This document shows, piece by piece, positions 9,025 through 19,539 of a stretch of DNA of 64,000 nucleotides. Under the pieces are notes generated by a model. That model ran no database searches and was not told the DNA's origin. It saw only the letters and a program-made list of their open reading frames with translations. Made by a program: the position numbers and the translations under genes. The stretch spans positions 96,001 through 160,000 of the forward strand of contig CAVPCQ010000006.1 in the NCBI GenBank assembly GCA_963702425.1. The letters run 5' to 3'. The stretch is from an uncultured Acidobacteriota bacterium. Its GTDB lineage: Bacteria; Acidobacteriota; Polarisedimenticolia; J045. Each line of letters starts with the position of its first letter. The first letter of the stretch is position 1.

Positions 9025-10251
9025 ATGGGCATGGTCATCGGGATGCGGCAGCTCTGGCGCGACCTCGCCAGCCAGAAGCTGCGGACCTTCCTCACCGCCT
9101 TCGGCATCGTCTGGGGCACCGCGGCGATCAGCCTGCTGCTCGCGTTCGGCGAGGGGTTCCACAAGCAGATCCTGGTGAACTCCGCCGGCCTCGGCGAGAA
9201 CATCGTGATCGCCTTCCCGTCGCTGACCTCGATCCCGTTCGAGGGGCTGGGGAAGGGGCGACGGGTCCTCGTCGGCGAGGAGGACATCGACCTGGTGGAG
9301 CAGCAGGCGCAGGGGCTGGCCGGGATTTCCGGCGAGTACGCCGACACCTTCCGGGTGCTCTACAACGCGCGGACGCTGCCGGTCGACGTCTCCGGCGTCC
9401 GCCCGGTCTTCGGCGAGCTGCGCAACCTGATCCCGCAGGAAGGGGGGCGATTCGTCAACCTCCCCGACGAAGCGGGCCAGCGCCGCGTGATCTTCCTCGG
9501 GAACGAGCTGGCCAAGGAGATGTTCGGCAGCGTCGACCCGGTGGGGAAGACCGTCATGCTGCTCGGCTCGCCCTTCACGGTGATCGGCGTCCTGAAGGAG
9601 AAGACGCAGGACTCGAGCTACAGCGGCCGGGACAAGGACAAGGCCTTCGTCCCGGGCTCCACCTTCCGCGCGCTCACCGGGGCCAAGTACGTCGACAACC
9701 TGATCTTCAAGGCCAGCAGCAGCGGCGCGACGGAGGGGCTGAAGAGCGACGTCATCCGGGTGCTCGCCGGGCGCCACCACTTCGACCCGAAGGACAAGGA
9801 AGCGCTCCAGATGTGGGACACCACCGAGGGCTTCCAGTTCATCGACACCTTCATGCTCGCGTTCCGGGCCTTCCTCGGGATCGTCGGATCGCTGACGCTG
9901 GTCGTCGGCGGGATCGGCGTGTCGAACATCATGAACGTCGTGGTCGAGGAACGGAGCCGCGAAATCGGGATCAAGATGGCGCTCGGGGCCCGCTCGAAGT
10001 CGATCCTGCGGCAGTTCATGGCCGAGACGATGCTGGTCACGCTGGCCTCCGGCGCGGTCGGGCTGCTGGTCGCGGCCGCGATCTGTGCGGTCTTCCCGGA
10101 GGGGTTCCGGGAGTACGTGGGGAAGCCCGAGATCTCGCCGAGCGTGGGCCTGCTGACGGCGGGGCTGCTGGGCCTGATCGGGTTCCTCGCCGGGTACTTC
10201 CCGGCCCGCGACGCGTCGCGCCTCGACCCCGTCGTGGCGATGAAGCTGTAG
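9025..10251 (+). CDS. MacB/FtsX-family ABC transporter permease
   Basis: KLRTFLTAFGIVWG, VGGIGVSNIM..VEERSREIGIKMALGA, PARDASRLDPV. Confidence 0.92.
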   Translation: MGMVIGMRQLWRDLASQKLRTFLTAFGIVWGTAAISLLLAFGEGFHKQILVNSAGLGENIVIAFPSLTSIPFEGLGKGRRVLVGEEDIDLVEQQAQGLAGISGEYADTFRVLYNARTLPVDVSGVRPVFGELRNLIPQEGGRFVNLPDEAGQRRVIFLGNELAKEMFGSVDPVGKTVMLLGSPFTVIGVLKEKTQDSSYSGRDKDKAFVPGSTFRALTGAKYVDNLIFKASSSGATEGLKSDVIRVLAGRHHFDPKDKEALQMWDTTEGFQFIDTFMLAFRAFLGIVGSLTLVVGGIGVSNIMNVVVEERSREIGIKMALGARSKSILRQFMAETMLVTLASGAVGLLVAAAICAVFPEGFREYVGKPEISPSVGLLTAGLLGLIGFLAGYFPARDASRLDPVVAMKL

Positions 10252-10259
10252 GGGGAGCG

Positions 10260-11510
10260 ATGCGCCTCGGCCTGGTCTTCCAGCTCTTCCTGGCCTCGTC
10301 CCGCGTGCAGAAGAAGCGCGCCGTGCTGACGATCGCGTCGATCGCCTGGGGCTCGGTCGCGCTGCTGCTCCTGCTGGCGTTCGGCGAGGGGCTGAAGCAG
10401 CAGCTCTCGCGCGGCAGCGCCGGGATGGGGACCAACCTGGCGGTGCTCTGGATGGGCGAAACGAGCAAGCCCTGGCAGGGGATGCCCGTCGGGCGGCCGA
10501 TCCGCCCCCGGGTGGACGACGTCAACCTGCTGCGCGAGCGGATCCCCGGCCTCGTCGGAATCGTCGCCGAGCTGCGCAACTGGCGCACCGCCTTCACCTA
10601 CGGCACGAAGACCGTCAACGGCCGCCTGACGGGCTCCTCGCCCGAGTACGGCGAGTTGCGGAACTACTACGCCGAGCCGGGCGGGCGGTTCACGAACGCG
10701 CTGGACGAGGCCGAGAAGCGGCGGGTGATCTTCCTCGGCAACGAGCGCGCCAAGGAGATCTTCGGGGACGAGGACCCGGTGGGGAAGACGCTGCTGGTCA
10801 ACCAGACGCCCTTCACCGTGATCGGCGTGATGAAGCGCAAGATCCAGATGGGGACCTACGGCGGACCGGATGCGGAGAACGCGCTGATCCCGCTCTCGAC
10901 CTTCGTCGCGATGAACGGCTCGGACCGGATCGGGAACATCGTGCTGAAGCCGGAGCAGGCCGCGGAGATGCCCCGGGTGCTGACCGACCTGCGCAAGATC
11001 ATGGGATCCAAGTACGGCTTCGACCCGACCGACGAGAAGGTCTTCCCGACCTGGGACACCGTCGAGACCGGCTCGGTGATGCGCAACATCCTGATCGGGA
11101 TCCAGCTCTTCCTGGGCGTGATCGGGGCCCTGACGCTGATGATCGGCGGCGTCGGCGTGGCGAACATCATGTACGCCACGGTCAAGGAACGGACGCGCGA
11201 GATCGGCGTGAAGATGGCGCTCGGTGCGCGGCCGTCGTGGATCGTCGGGCCGCTGGTGCTCGAGGGTCTGCTCTACACCGTGGTCGGGGGGGCGATCGGC
11301 CTGCTGCTGGGCACGACCCTGATCGTGCTGATCGGGCTGATCCCGACCGCCGGCAACGACGCGCTCGAGTTCCTCGGCAAGCCGACGCTGTCGCCGCTGA
11401 TCGGCGTGGCGACGGCCGGGATCCTCGGGCTGGTCGGTCTCCTGGCGGCCTATTTCCCGGCGCGGCGCGCCGCGTCGGTCGACCCGGCGCAGACGCTGCG
11501 CTACGAGTGA
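10260..11510 (+). CDS. MacB/FtsX-family ABC transporter permease (second paralog)
   Basis: RAVLTIASIAWG, IGGVGVANIM..VKERTREIGVKMALGA, PARRAASVDPAQTLRYE. Confidence 0.92.
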   Translation: MRLGLVFQLFLASSRVQKKRAVLTIASIAWGSVALLLLLAFGEGLKQQLSRGSAGMGTNLAVLWMGETSKPWQGMPVGRPIRPRVDDVNLLRERIPGLVGIVAELRNWRTAFTYGTKTVNGRLTGSSPEYGELRNYYAEPGGRFTNALDEAEKRRVIFLGNERAKEIFGDEDPVGKTLLVNQTPFTVIGVMKRKIQMGTYGGPDAENALIPLSTFVAMNGSDRIGNIVLKPEQAAEMPRVLTDLRKIMGSKYGFDPTDEKVFPTWDTVETGSVMRNILIGIQLFLGVIGALTLMIGGVGVANIMYATVKERTREIGVKMALGARPSWIVGPLVLEGLLYTVVGGAIGLLLGTTLIVLIGLIPTAGNDALEFLGKPTLSPLIGVATAGILGLVGLLAAYFPARRAASVDPAQTLRYE

Positions 11511-11517
11511 GGCCTGG

Positions 11518-12288
11518 ATGAGCAGCTTCCCGCGGCGAAGGAATGGACAGCAGGCGGCGGACGACGGCGTGGTCATCCGCATGGCCGGAATCCGCAAGGT
11601 CTACGACACCGGCAAGGTGAAGGTCGAGGCCCTGCGCGGGATCGACCTGGTCGTGCGGCGCGGCGAGTTCGTGGCCGTGGTCGGCCCGTCGGGCTCGGGG
11701 AAGTCGACGCTGATGAATCTCGTCGGGTGCCTCGACACGCCGACGGAAGGCGAGTACGAGCTGTGCGGCCAGCCGATCGCGTCGCTGTCCCGCGACGGGC
11801 TGGCCGACGCCCGGAACCGGCGGGTCGGCTTCGTCTTCCAGAGCTTCAACCTGCTGCCGCAGATCTCCGCCTTCGAGAACGTCGAGATGCCGCTGCTGTT
11901 CGGCGGGGTCTCGCGCCGCGAGCGGCAGGAGCGGGTCACGGACCTGATGGCGCGCGTCGGGCTGGCCGACCGGATGGACCACAAGCCGACCGAGCTCTCC
12001 GGGGGCCAGATGCAGCGCGTCGCCATCGCCCGGGCGCTGGCGATGGACCCCGACATCGTCCTGGCGGACGAGCCGACCGGGAACCTCGACACCTCCTCGG
12101 GCGGCGACATCATGGGGCTGTTCGAAGAGCTCTGGGGCCAGGGGCGGACCCTGGTGGTGATCACCCACGACAAGGCGCTGGCCCGGCGGGCGGGCCGGAT
12201 CGTGGAGGTGACGGACGGGCTGATCCTGCGGGACGAGCCAACCGGGGCCGCGGACCCGGCCGCGCTCGTGCGGGAAGCCGCAGGGTAG
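11518..12288 (+). CDS. ABC transporter ATP-binding protein (LolD/MacB type)
   Basis: [46 protein letters not shown]. Confidence 0.95.
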   Translation: MSSFPRRRNGQQAADDGVVIRMAGIRKVYDTGKVKVEALRGIDLVVRRGEFVAVVGPSGSGKSTLMNLVGCLDTPTEGEYELCGQPIASLSRDGLADARNRRVGFVFQSFNLLPQISAFENVEMPLLFGGVSRRERQERVTDLMARVGLADRMDHKPTELSGGQMQRVAIARALAMDPDIVLADEPTGNLDTSSGGDIMGLFEELWGQGRTLVVITHDKALARRAGRIVEVTDGLILRDEPTGAADPAALVREAAG

Positions 12289-12308
12289 TCGGGCGCGAAG
12301 GGGACGGG

Positions 12309-12335
12309 TGCAACCCTTCGGGGGCCCCGGGCGTC
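12309..12335 (+). promoter_or_regulatory. Putative ECF sigma (SigW-like) promoter of the DUF4097 gene
   Basis: TGCAAC-N17-CGTC, 32 nt upstream of the ATG at 12368. Confidence 0.5.
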
Positions 12336-12367
12336 TCACGGATGAGAACCACGGGAGGAAGACGACG

Positions 12368-13288
12368 ATGCGCATCAACCGTTCGATCCTGATCCTGGCC
12401 GGCGTGCTCGCCGGACTGCTGGCTGCGGCGGCCATCGAGGCCTCCGCCGAGACGAAGATCGAGAAGGAGTTCCCGCTCGCCGCCGGCGGTGCCTTCGTGC
12501 TGGAGACGGACGGCGGGGCGGTCTCGGTCCGGGGCGGGGACCGGGCGACGGCCCGGATCGTCATCACCTCGAAGGCCGACGACGTGGAGAGCCTCTACGA
12601 CTTCAAGTACGAGACCACGCCGCAGCAGGTCAAGCTGGTCGTCAAGCGCAAGGGGAGCGCGATCGGCTCCTGGTTCTCGATGGGCCGGAACGACGGGCTG
12701 GGCTTCGAGATCCAGCTGCCGCGCGGCGCGCGATGCGACGTCGGGACCGCGGGCGGACCGATCACCGTGGTCGACATGGCGGCCGGGGTCAACGCCGACA
12801 CCTCCGGCGGTCCGATCGACGTGCAGCGCGTGAAGGGGGCCGTGAAGGCCGACACCTCCGGTGGTCCGATCTCGATCGAGGAGGTCGACGGACCGGTCGT
12901 GGCCGACACCTCCGGCGGCCCGATCCACATCGCCAAGGTCACGGGCGATATCTCGGCCGACACTTCGGGCGGAGGGATCGACATCGTCGACGCCGGTGGG
13001 AAGGTGACCGCCGACACCTCGGGCGGCCCGATCTCGGTCCAGTTCGCCCGCGGGAACGCGAAGGGCGGCTCGCTCGAGACTTCCGGCGGCGGGATCACCA
13101 TCACGGTCGACGCGACCGCCCGGCTGACGATCGACGCCTCGTCGAGCGGCGGCAACGTGACCTGCGACCTGCCGGTGACGGTCGTCGGCGAGCGGGATCG
13201 CTCAGAGCTGAAGGGCGACGCCAACGGCGGCGGCGCGCTCCTGCGCGCGAGCTCCTCCGGCGGCGGGATCCGGATCGTCGCCCGCTGA
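12368..13288 (+). CDS. Secreted DUF4097-family beta-strand repeat protein
   Basis: Signal peptide; about 20-aa repeats (V.ADTSGG.I.(V/I)) occurring about 8 times. Confidence 0.85.
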   Translation: MRINRSILILAGVLAGLLAAAAIEASAETKIEKEFPLAAGGAFVLETDGGAVSVRGGDRATARIVITSKADDVESLYDFKYETTPQQVKLVVKRKGSAIGSWFSMGRNDGLGFEIQLPRGARCDVGTAGGPITVVDMAAGVNADTSGGPIDVQRVKGAVKADTSGGPISIEEVDGPVVADTSGGPIHIAKVTGDISADTSGGGIDIVDAGGKVTADTSGGPISVQFARGNAKGGSLETSGGGITITVDATARLTIDASSSGGNVTCDLPVTVVGERDRSELKGDANGGGALLRASSSGGGIRIVAR

Positions 13289-13335
13289 CGGGCGCCCGGA
13301 TCCGAATCGGGTCGCTGGCGCAGGCAAGGGGTTTC

Positions 13336-13408
13336 GTAGGGGCCGGCCTCCGTGCCGGCCCGTATCACTCAAGGCGCCGTTCGGGCCGGCACGGAGGCCG
13401 GCCCCTAC
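13336..13408. repeat. GTAG-family REP doublet (REPIN-like inverted repeat)
   Basis: GTAGGGGCCGGCCTCCGTGCCGGCCCG (13336-13362) and its exact reverse complement (13382-13408) with a 19-nt spacer; each unit is GTAG plus an internal palindrome; lies between convergent genes. Confidence 0.88.
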
Positions 13409-13436
13409 AGGGCATGCCAGTCCGGCGGGCCGCCAA

Positions 13437-13757
13437 CTACCAGATCCCGAGCACGTCCTTGACCTCGTCGGAGGCCATCAGCGCCGGGTTCCAGGGCGGC
13501 TCCCAGACCAGCTCGACCTTGACGTTCTCGACCCCGGGGATCAGCGCCACGACCTCGTGGACGGTCGAGAGGATCATCGGGCCGAAGGGACAGCCGGGGG
13601 AGGTGAGCGTCATCTTGACCGTGACGTCCTTCCCCTCCGCGCCGATCTCGGCGTCGTAGACCAGGCCCAGGTCGACCACGCCGAGCCGCAGCTCGGGGTC
13701 CTGGATCGGCTGGAGCGCCTCGAAGACTCGGTCCCTGGTGACGGCGGTTTCGTTCAT
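13437..13757 (-). CDS. sufT: SufT/DUF59 metal-sulfur cluster assembly factor
   Basis: DPEL.LGVVDLGLVY, MTLTSPGCP, VWEPPWNPALM; last gene of the suf operon. Confidence 0.9.
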   Translation of the reverse strand: MNETAVTRDRVFEALQPIQDPELRLGVVDLGLVYDAEIGAEGKDVTVKMTLTSPGCPFGPMILSTVHEVVALIPGVENVKVELVWEPPWNPALMASDEVKDVLGIW

Positions 13758-14191
13758 GTCGATTCCACGCGGGACAGCGCCTGTTCGAGCGTCGTCCACG
13801 GAAGGAGCGCGCACTTGATGCGCACCGGGAAATTCTTGACCCCCTCGAGCACCTCGAGGTCGCCCATCTCGACGCCGTCGCCCCGGGCCTGGCCCTGCAT
13901 CATCGCCTTGAACCCGGCGAGCAGGTGCCGCGCGTCCGCGACCGTCCGCCCGCGCAGCGCCTCGGCCAGCAGCGAGCCGGAGGCGACGCTGATCGAGCAG
14001 CCCCGGCTCCGCACCGAGAGATCGCGGATCACCCCCTCCTCGACCTCCAGTTCCAGCGTCAGCTCGTCGCCGCAGAGCGGGTTGAAACCCTCCTCCCGAA
14101 CGTCCGGGTCGGCGAGGGGCTTCGCCCCGCGCGGCGAACGGTAGTGGTCCAGGATCACTTCGCGATACAGGTCGTCGAGCTCAAGCGACAT
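13754..14191 (-). CDS. sufU: SufU-type Fe-S scaffold/sulfur acceptor
   Basis: LYREVILDHY, NPLCGD, GCSISVAS, FPVRIKCALLPW. Confidence 0.93.
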   Translation of the reverse strand: MSLELDDLYREVILDHYRSPRGAKPLADPDVREEGFNPLCGDELTLELEVEEGVIRDLSVRSRGCSISVASGSLLAEALRGRTVADARHLLAGFKAMMQGQARGDGVEMGDLEVLEGVKNFPVRIKCALLPWTTLEQALSRVEST

Positions 14192-15473
14192 GTCCCAGGT
14201 ACTCCCGTGCGTGTCGGATCGCCTGCACCAGGAGATCGACCTCGTCGCGCGTATTGTAGATCCCGAAGCTGGCCCGGGCGGTGGCCGGGACGCCCAGCCG
14301 CCGGGCCAGCGGCATCGCGCAGTGGTGGCCGGCGCGCACCGCCACCCCTTGCTGGTCGAGGATCGTCGCCAGGTCGTGCGGATGCACGTCGCGGTCGAAG
14401 AACGAGACCAGCGCGACCCGGTCGGCGGCGGCGGGCGGCCCGTAGACCGTCAGCGAGGGGATCGTCGCCAGCCGCGCGAGCGCGTACTCAGCGAGGCACT
14501 CGGAGTGAACCCGAACCGGCTCCATTCCGACCAGGTCGAGGTACTCGACCGTCGCGCCGAGAGCGACGGCGTCGGCGATGTTCGGCGTGCCGGCCTCGAA
14601 GCGGTGGGGCGGCCGGGCGAAGGTCGAGCCCTCCTTGGTGACGCGGTCGATCATCTCGCCGCCGCCGAGGAACGGCGGCATGGCCTCGGCCAGGGCCTCG
14701 GTGACCACGAGGCAGCCGATCCCGGTCGGCCCGTACATCTTGTGGCCCGAGAAGACCATCGCGTCGCAGTCGAGTTCGCGGAAGCGGACCGGCATCTGCG
14801 GGACCGTCTGGGTCGCGTCGAGCACTGTCAGTACGCCCGGGCTCACGCTGCGCGCCTCGGCGAACAGCTCGGCGACCGGGTTGATCGTCCCGAGCACGTT
14901 GGACGCGTGGATCAGCGAGACGACCTTCGTCCGGGGGGAGAGCAGGCGCCGGAACGCCTCCCGGTCGAGTCGCCCCTCCTCGTCGATCGGCGCCCAGCGC
15001 ACGACGATCCCGCGCTCGGCGGCCAGCATCTGCCAGGGCACGATGTTGCTGTGGTGCTCCATCTCGCTGATCAGCACCTCGTCGCCGGCGGCGAGGTGCG
15101 CGCGGCCCCAGGCGAACGCGACGAGGTTCAGCCCCTCCGTCGCGTTGCGGGTGAAGACCAGCTCCTCGGGGCGGTGGGCGCCGACGAAGGCCGCGATGCG
15201 GCGCCGGGCCTGCTCGTAGAGATCGGTCGCCTCCTCGGCCAGGGTGTGAATGCCGCGGTGCACGTTCGCGTTGTGGCGCTCGTAGAACTCCACCAGCGCG
15301 GCGATCGTGTGGCGGGGTTTCTGCGTCGTGGCGGCGTTGTCGAGGTAGACGATCGGCCGGCCGTGCACCAGCCGTGCGAGCACGGGGAAGTCGGCGCGGA
15401 TGCGCGCCGCATCGAAGTCCTTTCCGCAATCCACCCGGCAGTTGAAGGACGGGAGGGGAAAGCTGATGGACAT
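14181..15473 (-). CDS. sufS: SufS-family cysteine desulfurase
   Basis: YLDNAATTQKP, NVHRG, EHHSNIVPW, SGHKMYGPTG (PLP Lys), RAGHHCA (catalytic Cys). Confidence 0.95.
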   Translation of the reverse strand: MSISFPLPSFNCRVDCGKDFDAARIRADFPVLARLVHGRPIVYLDNAATTQKPRHTIAALVEFYERHNANVHRGIHTLAEEATDLYEQARRRIAAFVGAHRPEELVFTRNATEGLNLVAFAWGRAHLAAGDEVLISEMEHHSNIVPWQMLAAERGIVVRWAPIDEEGRLDREAFRRLLSPRTKVVSLIHASNVLGTINPVAELFAEARSVSPGVLTVLDATQTVPQMPVRFRELDCDAMVFSGHKMYGPTGIGCLVVTEALAEAMPPFLGGGEMIDRVTKEGSTFARPPHRFEAGTPNIADAVALGATVEYLDLVGMEPVRVHSECLAEYALARLATIPSLTVYGPPAAADRVALVSFFDRDVHPHDLATILDQQGVAVRAGHHCAMPLARRLGVPATARASFGIYNTRDEVDLLVQAIRHAREYLGHVA

Positions 15474-15496
15474 GGACCGCCTCCTTTCCGCGCCAC

Positions 15497-16722
15497 CTAT
15501 CGCGACAGCCGCGCCTCGACCCGGCCGCGCACTTCCTCGCGCACGGCGTCGTCCGGGATGCGCGCGAGAAGCGGCTCGAAGAAGCCGCCGACGATCATCC
15601 GCTCGGCCTCGGGCCGCGCCAGGCCGCGCGCCGCGAGGTAGAAGAGCTGCTCCTCGTCGATCGGGCCGACGGTGGCGCCGTGGCTCGCCTTGACCTCGTC
15701 GGTCAGGATCTCCAGCTCGGGGATCGAGATCGCGTGGGTGGTCTCGTGGAGCAGGAGGTTCCGGTTCTCCTGGTAGGCCTCGGAGTGGACCGCGTCGTGC
15801 GCGATCCGCAGCATTCCGGTGAAGGCCGAGCGGGCCCGGTCCCGGAGCGCGACGCGCAGGTTCAGGCGGCTCGTCGTGTGCGGCGCGAGGTGCTCGAGGA
15901 CGGCGTGGTGGTCGAACTGCTGCCGCCCCGTGCCGAAGACGACCCCCATGAACTCGACGTGCGCCCCCTCGCCGGCCAGCTCGGCGGCGAAGTCGGACTT
16001 GATCGCGGCGCCGCCGAATGCGGTGAAGACGATCTCCATCGCGGCCTGCCGGCCCAGCCGGGCGCGCGCGGTCGTGGTGCCGGATGCTCCGGCGGGCAGG
16101 TCCTGGAGCTGGACCAGCGTCAGCCGGGCGCCGTCGCCGACGACCCACTCGAGCGTGCGGTGCACCAGCGGCGCGTCGGCGGCGTGACCGTCGTCCGCGA
16201 GCTGCTCGTCGATGAAGACCGCCTCGGCCCCCTCGCCGAGCACGCAGAGGGTGCGCGGCACGACGACCCCGTCCCCGGCGTAGCGCCGCAGCCGGACGAT
16301 CGGGCGGCCAGCTTCACGCCGGCCGGGACCTCGAGGTAGAGCCCGCCCGACCAGAGCGCGGCGTTGAGCGCGGTGAAGGGCGAATCGTCCGCGGGGACGA
16401 GTGTTCCGAGCGCCGACCGGACGGTTTCGGGGCGCTCGGCAGCGGCGCGGGAGAGGTCGATCGCGATCACGCCGGCGCGCTCGGCCTCGGGATCGAGCAC
16501 GATCCCCCGGGGATCGAATGCGGCGTGCGCCAGCGCGCGGTCGCCCGGGAGCAGCCTCGCCGGGTCGGTGTAGCGCCAGCGGTGCCGCGCCCGGTCGGGC
16601 AGGGCGGCAGCCTCGAACGCGCCCCACGCCGCGGCGCGCGCCTCGCGCAACCAGGCCGGCTCGCCGGCTGCCAGCTCGTCGATCGTGCGGAGGCCCGGGT
16701 GGGCCAGTGCGTCCTTCGTCAC
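15497..16722 (-). CDS. sufD: Fe-S assembly protein SufD (apparent frameshift near 16305)
   Basis: N-terminal WRYTD and FTALNAALWSGG in one frame; C-terminal AYQENRNLLL, PELEILTDEVKASHGATVG, FYLAARGL in another. Confidence 0.9.
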
Positions 16723-16735
16723 GGGTCCCTCCGGT

Positions 16736-18157
16736 CTAGCCGACCGAGCCTTCCATTTCGAGCTGGATCAGGCGGTTCAGCTCCACCGCGTATTCCATCG
16801 GCAGCTCCTTCGTGAACGGCTCGATGAAGCCGTTGACGATCATCAGCGTCGCCTCCTCGGGAGTGATGCCGCGGGTCATCAGGTAGTAGAGCTGCTCCTC
16901 GCCGACCTTGCTGACCGTCGCCTCGTGCTCGACCCGCACGTCCTGGTCGGCGATCTCCATCGTCGGGTAGGTGTCCGAGCGCGACTCGGGGTCCAGGATC
17001 AGCGCGTCGCAGCGGACGTTCACCTTGCAGCCGTGGGCCCCGGGGTGGACCTTGACCATCCCGCGGTAGGAACCGCGGCCGCCGTCCTTGGAGATCGACT
17101 TGCTGGTGATGGTCGAGGTCGTGTTCGGCGCCGCGTGGATCACCTTCGCGCCCGCGTCCTGGTGCTGCCCCTTGCCGGAGAAGGCGACCGACAGGACCTC
17201 GCCGTGGGCCCGCTCGCCGACCAGGTAGATCGCCGGGTACTTCATCGTCAGCTTGGAGCCGAGGTTCCCGTCGACCCACAGGACCCGCGCGTCGGCGTGG
17301 GCCATGGCCCGCTTGGTGACCAGGTTGTAGACGTTCTTCGACCAGTTCTGGATCGTCGTGTAGCGGATCTCGGCGCCCTTCATCGCGATCAGCTCGACGA
17401 CCGCGGAGTGGAGCGAGTCGCGGCTGTAGACCGGCGCGGTGCAGCCCTCGATGTAGTGCACCGAGGACCCTTCCTCGGCGATGATCAGCGTCCGCTCGAA
17501 CTGGCCCATCGCCTCCTTGTTGATCCGGAAGTAGGCCTGCAGCGGGATCGCGACCTTGACCCCCTTCGGCACGTAGACGAACGATCCGCCCGACCAGACC
17601 GCGGTGTTGAGTGCCGCGAACTTGTTGTCGTGCGGCGGGATCACCGTCGCGAAGTACTTCTGGACGATCTCCGGGTGCCGGCGCAGCCCGTCGTCCATCG
17701 ACATGAAGAGGACCCCCAGCCGCTCCAGCTCCTTGTTCATCGAGTGGTAGATGACCTCGGACTCGTACTGGGCGGTGACACCGGCCAGGAACTTGCGCTC
17801 GGCCTCGGGGACGCCGAGCCGCTCGAAGGTCTCCTTGATCTCGCTCGGGACCTCGTTCCAGTCGGTCGACTGGCGGTCCTCGGGACGCAGGTAGTAGGTG
17901 ATGTCGTCGAAGTGGATGTCCTGCAGGAGCGCGGTGTTGCCCCAGGAGGGCATCGGCTTGTCGAGGAAGACCTGGTAGGCCTTGAGCCGCAGCTCGGCCA
18001 TCCAGGCGGGCTCGCCCTTGATCGCCGAGATCTGGCGGACGACGTCCTCGGTCAGGCCGCGGCCGGTGTCGTAGACCTTCCGCTCGGGCATCGAGAAGCC
18101 GTACTTCGCCTCGTACCCCTGGTTGAAGTCGAGGTCCTGGCGCGGGGTCGTGCTCAT
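16736..18157 (-). CDS. sufB: Fe-S assembly protein SufB
   Basis: [60 protein letters not shown]. No intein insertion. Confidence 0.97.
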   Translation of the reverse strand: MSTTPRQDLDFNQGYEAKYGFSMPERKVYDTGRGLTEDVVRQISAIKGEPAWMAELRLKAYQVFLDKPMPSWGNTALLQDIHFDDITYYLRPEDRQSTDWNEVPSEIKETFERLGVPEAERKFLAGVTAQYESEVIYHSMNKELERLGVLFMSMDDGLRRHPEIVQKYFATVIPPHDNKFAALNTAVWSGGSFVYVPKGVKVAIPLQAYFRINKEAMGQFERTLIIAEEGSSVHYIEGCTAPVYSRDSLHSAVVELIAMKGAEIRYTTIQNWSKNVYNLVTKRAMAHADARVLWVDGNLGSKLTMKYPAIYLVGERAHGEVLSVAFSGKGQHQDAGAKVIHAAPNTTSTITSKSISKDGGRGSYRGMVKVHPGAHGCKVNVRCDALILDPESRSDTYPTMEIADQDVRVEHEATVSKVGEEQLYYLMTRGITPEEATLMIVNGFIEPFTKELPMEYAVELNRLIQLEMEGSVG

Positions 18158-18933
18158 CGTGCCGCCTCCTTGACGCCGAAGTCCTCTTCGAGCCACTCGT
18201 AGCCGCGCTCCTCGAGCTGTTGCGCAAGGTCGGCCCCGCCCGTGCGCACGATCCGGCCCTCGATCATCACGTGGACGCGGTCGGGCACGACGTAGCGCAG
18301 GATCCGCTGGTAGTGCGTGACCACCAGGAAACCGCGCTCGGGCGAGCGCAGCCGGTTGATCCCTTCCGAGACGACCCGCAGGGCGTCGATGTCGAGCCCG
18401 GAATCGGTCTCGTCGAGCACCGCGAGTGTCGGCTGGAGCAGCGTCATCTGCAGCATCTCGAGGCGCTTCTTCTCGCCGCCGGAGAAGCCGTCGTTGGCGT
18501 AGCGGGTGGCGAACGCGTGGTCGACCCCCAGCTCGTCCATGGCGGTCGTCACGGTGCGGCGGAAGTCCTTGAGCGGGGCGTCGGCCCCGCGTGCGGCACG
18601 CACCGCAGCGCGCAGGAAATTGGCGACGGTCACGCCGGGGATCGCCATCGGGTACTGGAAGGCGAGGAAGATCCCGAGACGGGCCCGCGCGTCGGTCGCC
18701 AACTCGGCGAGGTCCTGCCCCTGGAACACGATGCGGCCGCCCGTCACCTCGTAGCGGGGGTGGCCCATGATCGCGTTCGAGAGGGTGCTCTTGCCGCTCC
18801 CGTTGCGTCCCATCAGGGCGTGGACTTCGCCGCGGTTCACGGACAGATTCACGCCGCGCAGGATCTGCTTGCCCTCGACGCGCACGTGGAGGTCTTCGAT
18901 CTGGAGCAGCGGGGCGGTGGAGGGGTGGCTCAT
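18154..18933 (-). CDS. sufC: Fe-S assembly ATPase SufC
   Basis: [45 protein letters not shown]. Confidence 0.97.
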   Translation of the reverse strand: MSHPSTAPLLQIEDLHVRVEGKQILRGVNLSVNRGEVHALMGRNGSGKSTLSNAIMGHPRYEVTGGRIVFQGQDLAELATDARARLGIFLAFQYPMAIPGVTVANFLRAAVRAARGADAPLKDFRRTVTTAMDELGVDHAFATRYANDGFSGGEKKRLEMLQMTLLQPTLAVLDETDSGLDIDALRVVSEGINRLRSPERGFLVVTHYQRILRYVVPDRVHVMIEGRIVRTGGADLAQQLEERGYEWLEEDFGVKEAAR

Positions 18934-18946
18934 GGCAGGATCCTTC

Positions 18947-19468
18947 TCAGCGGGATTCGGCGACCGAAGCGGGCGCGGCCGGCAGCCGGCGGCCCGGGGG
19001 GAGGGCAGCGCCGGCCGCGATCTCGCCGGCGATGCGGCGCATCCGGTCGTCGACGTGCGCCTCGGAGATCGCGACGATGTCGTCCAGCGTGACCGCGGAC
19101 AGGAAGTTGTGGATCAGACCGCCGAGCTGCTCCCAGACCGGGCGCAGGCCGCAGCCGGCGTCGTGCACGCAGCCGGCGCCGTCGACGCCGCTCTTGCAGC
19201 GCTCGAACTCGAAGACGGCGCCGTTCATCCCTTCGATGATCTCGGAGACGGCGATCTCCTGCGGCGGGCGGGCGAGGAGGTAGCCGCCCTCCTTGCCTCT
19301 CAGACTGGTGACCAGTCCGATCGCACGCAGTCGGGACAGGATCTTGGCGGCGTTCTCGAGCGACAGGCCCTCGGCCGCGGCGATCTCGCCGATCGTCAGC
19401 TTGCGCTGCGAGCGGGCGAGCTGCGCCAGGCAGCGGATCCCGTATTCCTCGAGGGTGCTGATCTTCAT
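18947..19468 (-). CDS. Rrf2-family transcriptional regulator heading the suf operon
   Basis: wHTH (EIAAAEGLS...KILSRL...SLRGKEGGYLLARPP) and a C-x8-C-x5-C candidate Fe-S ligand set. Confidence 0.92.
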   Translation of the reverse strand: MKISTLEEYGIRCLAQLARSQRKLTIGEIAAAEGLSLENAAKILSRLRAIGLVTSLRGKEGGYLLARPPQEIAVSEIIEGMNGAVFEFERCKSGVDGAGCVHDAGCGLRPVWEQLGGLIHNFLSAVTLDDIVAISEAHVDDRMRRIAGEIAAGAALPPGRRLPAAPASVAESR

Positions 19469-19504
19469 CCAGACTTCTCCCGTGACGAGGCGTCGATCGG
19501 GAGC

Positions 19505-19539
19505 ATTGTACTTAATCTGGAAACAACAGTCAAGTTTAT
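19505..19539 (-). promoter_or_regulatory. Sigma70 promoter of the rrf2-suf operon with overlapping imperfect palindrome (candidate Rrf2 operator)
   Basis: Minus strand TTGACT-N17-TACAAT inside a markedly AT-rich patch; inverted repeat TAAACTTGA-N8-TCCAGATTA (7/9 match) spans the -35. Confidence 0.8.

Noticed and set aside
12760-13100. GCCGACACCTCCGGCGG repeats at about 60-nt spacing
   Set aside because: These encode the ADTSGG beta-strand repeats of the DUF4097 protein and are not a DNA-level element.
16736-18157. Possible intein in SufB, a known intein host
   Set aside because: The length (473 aa) is normal and no splicing motifs or insertion are present.
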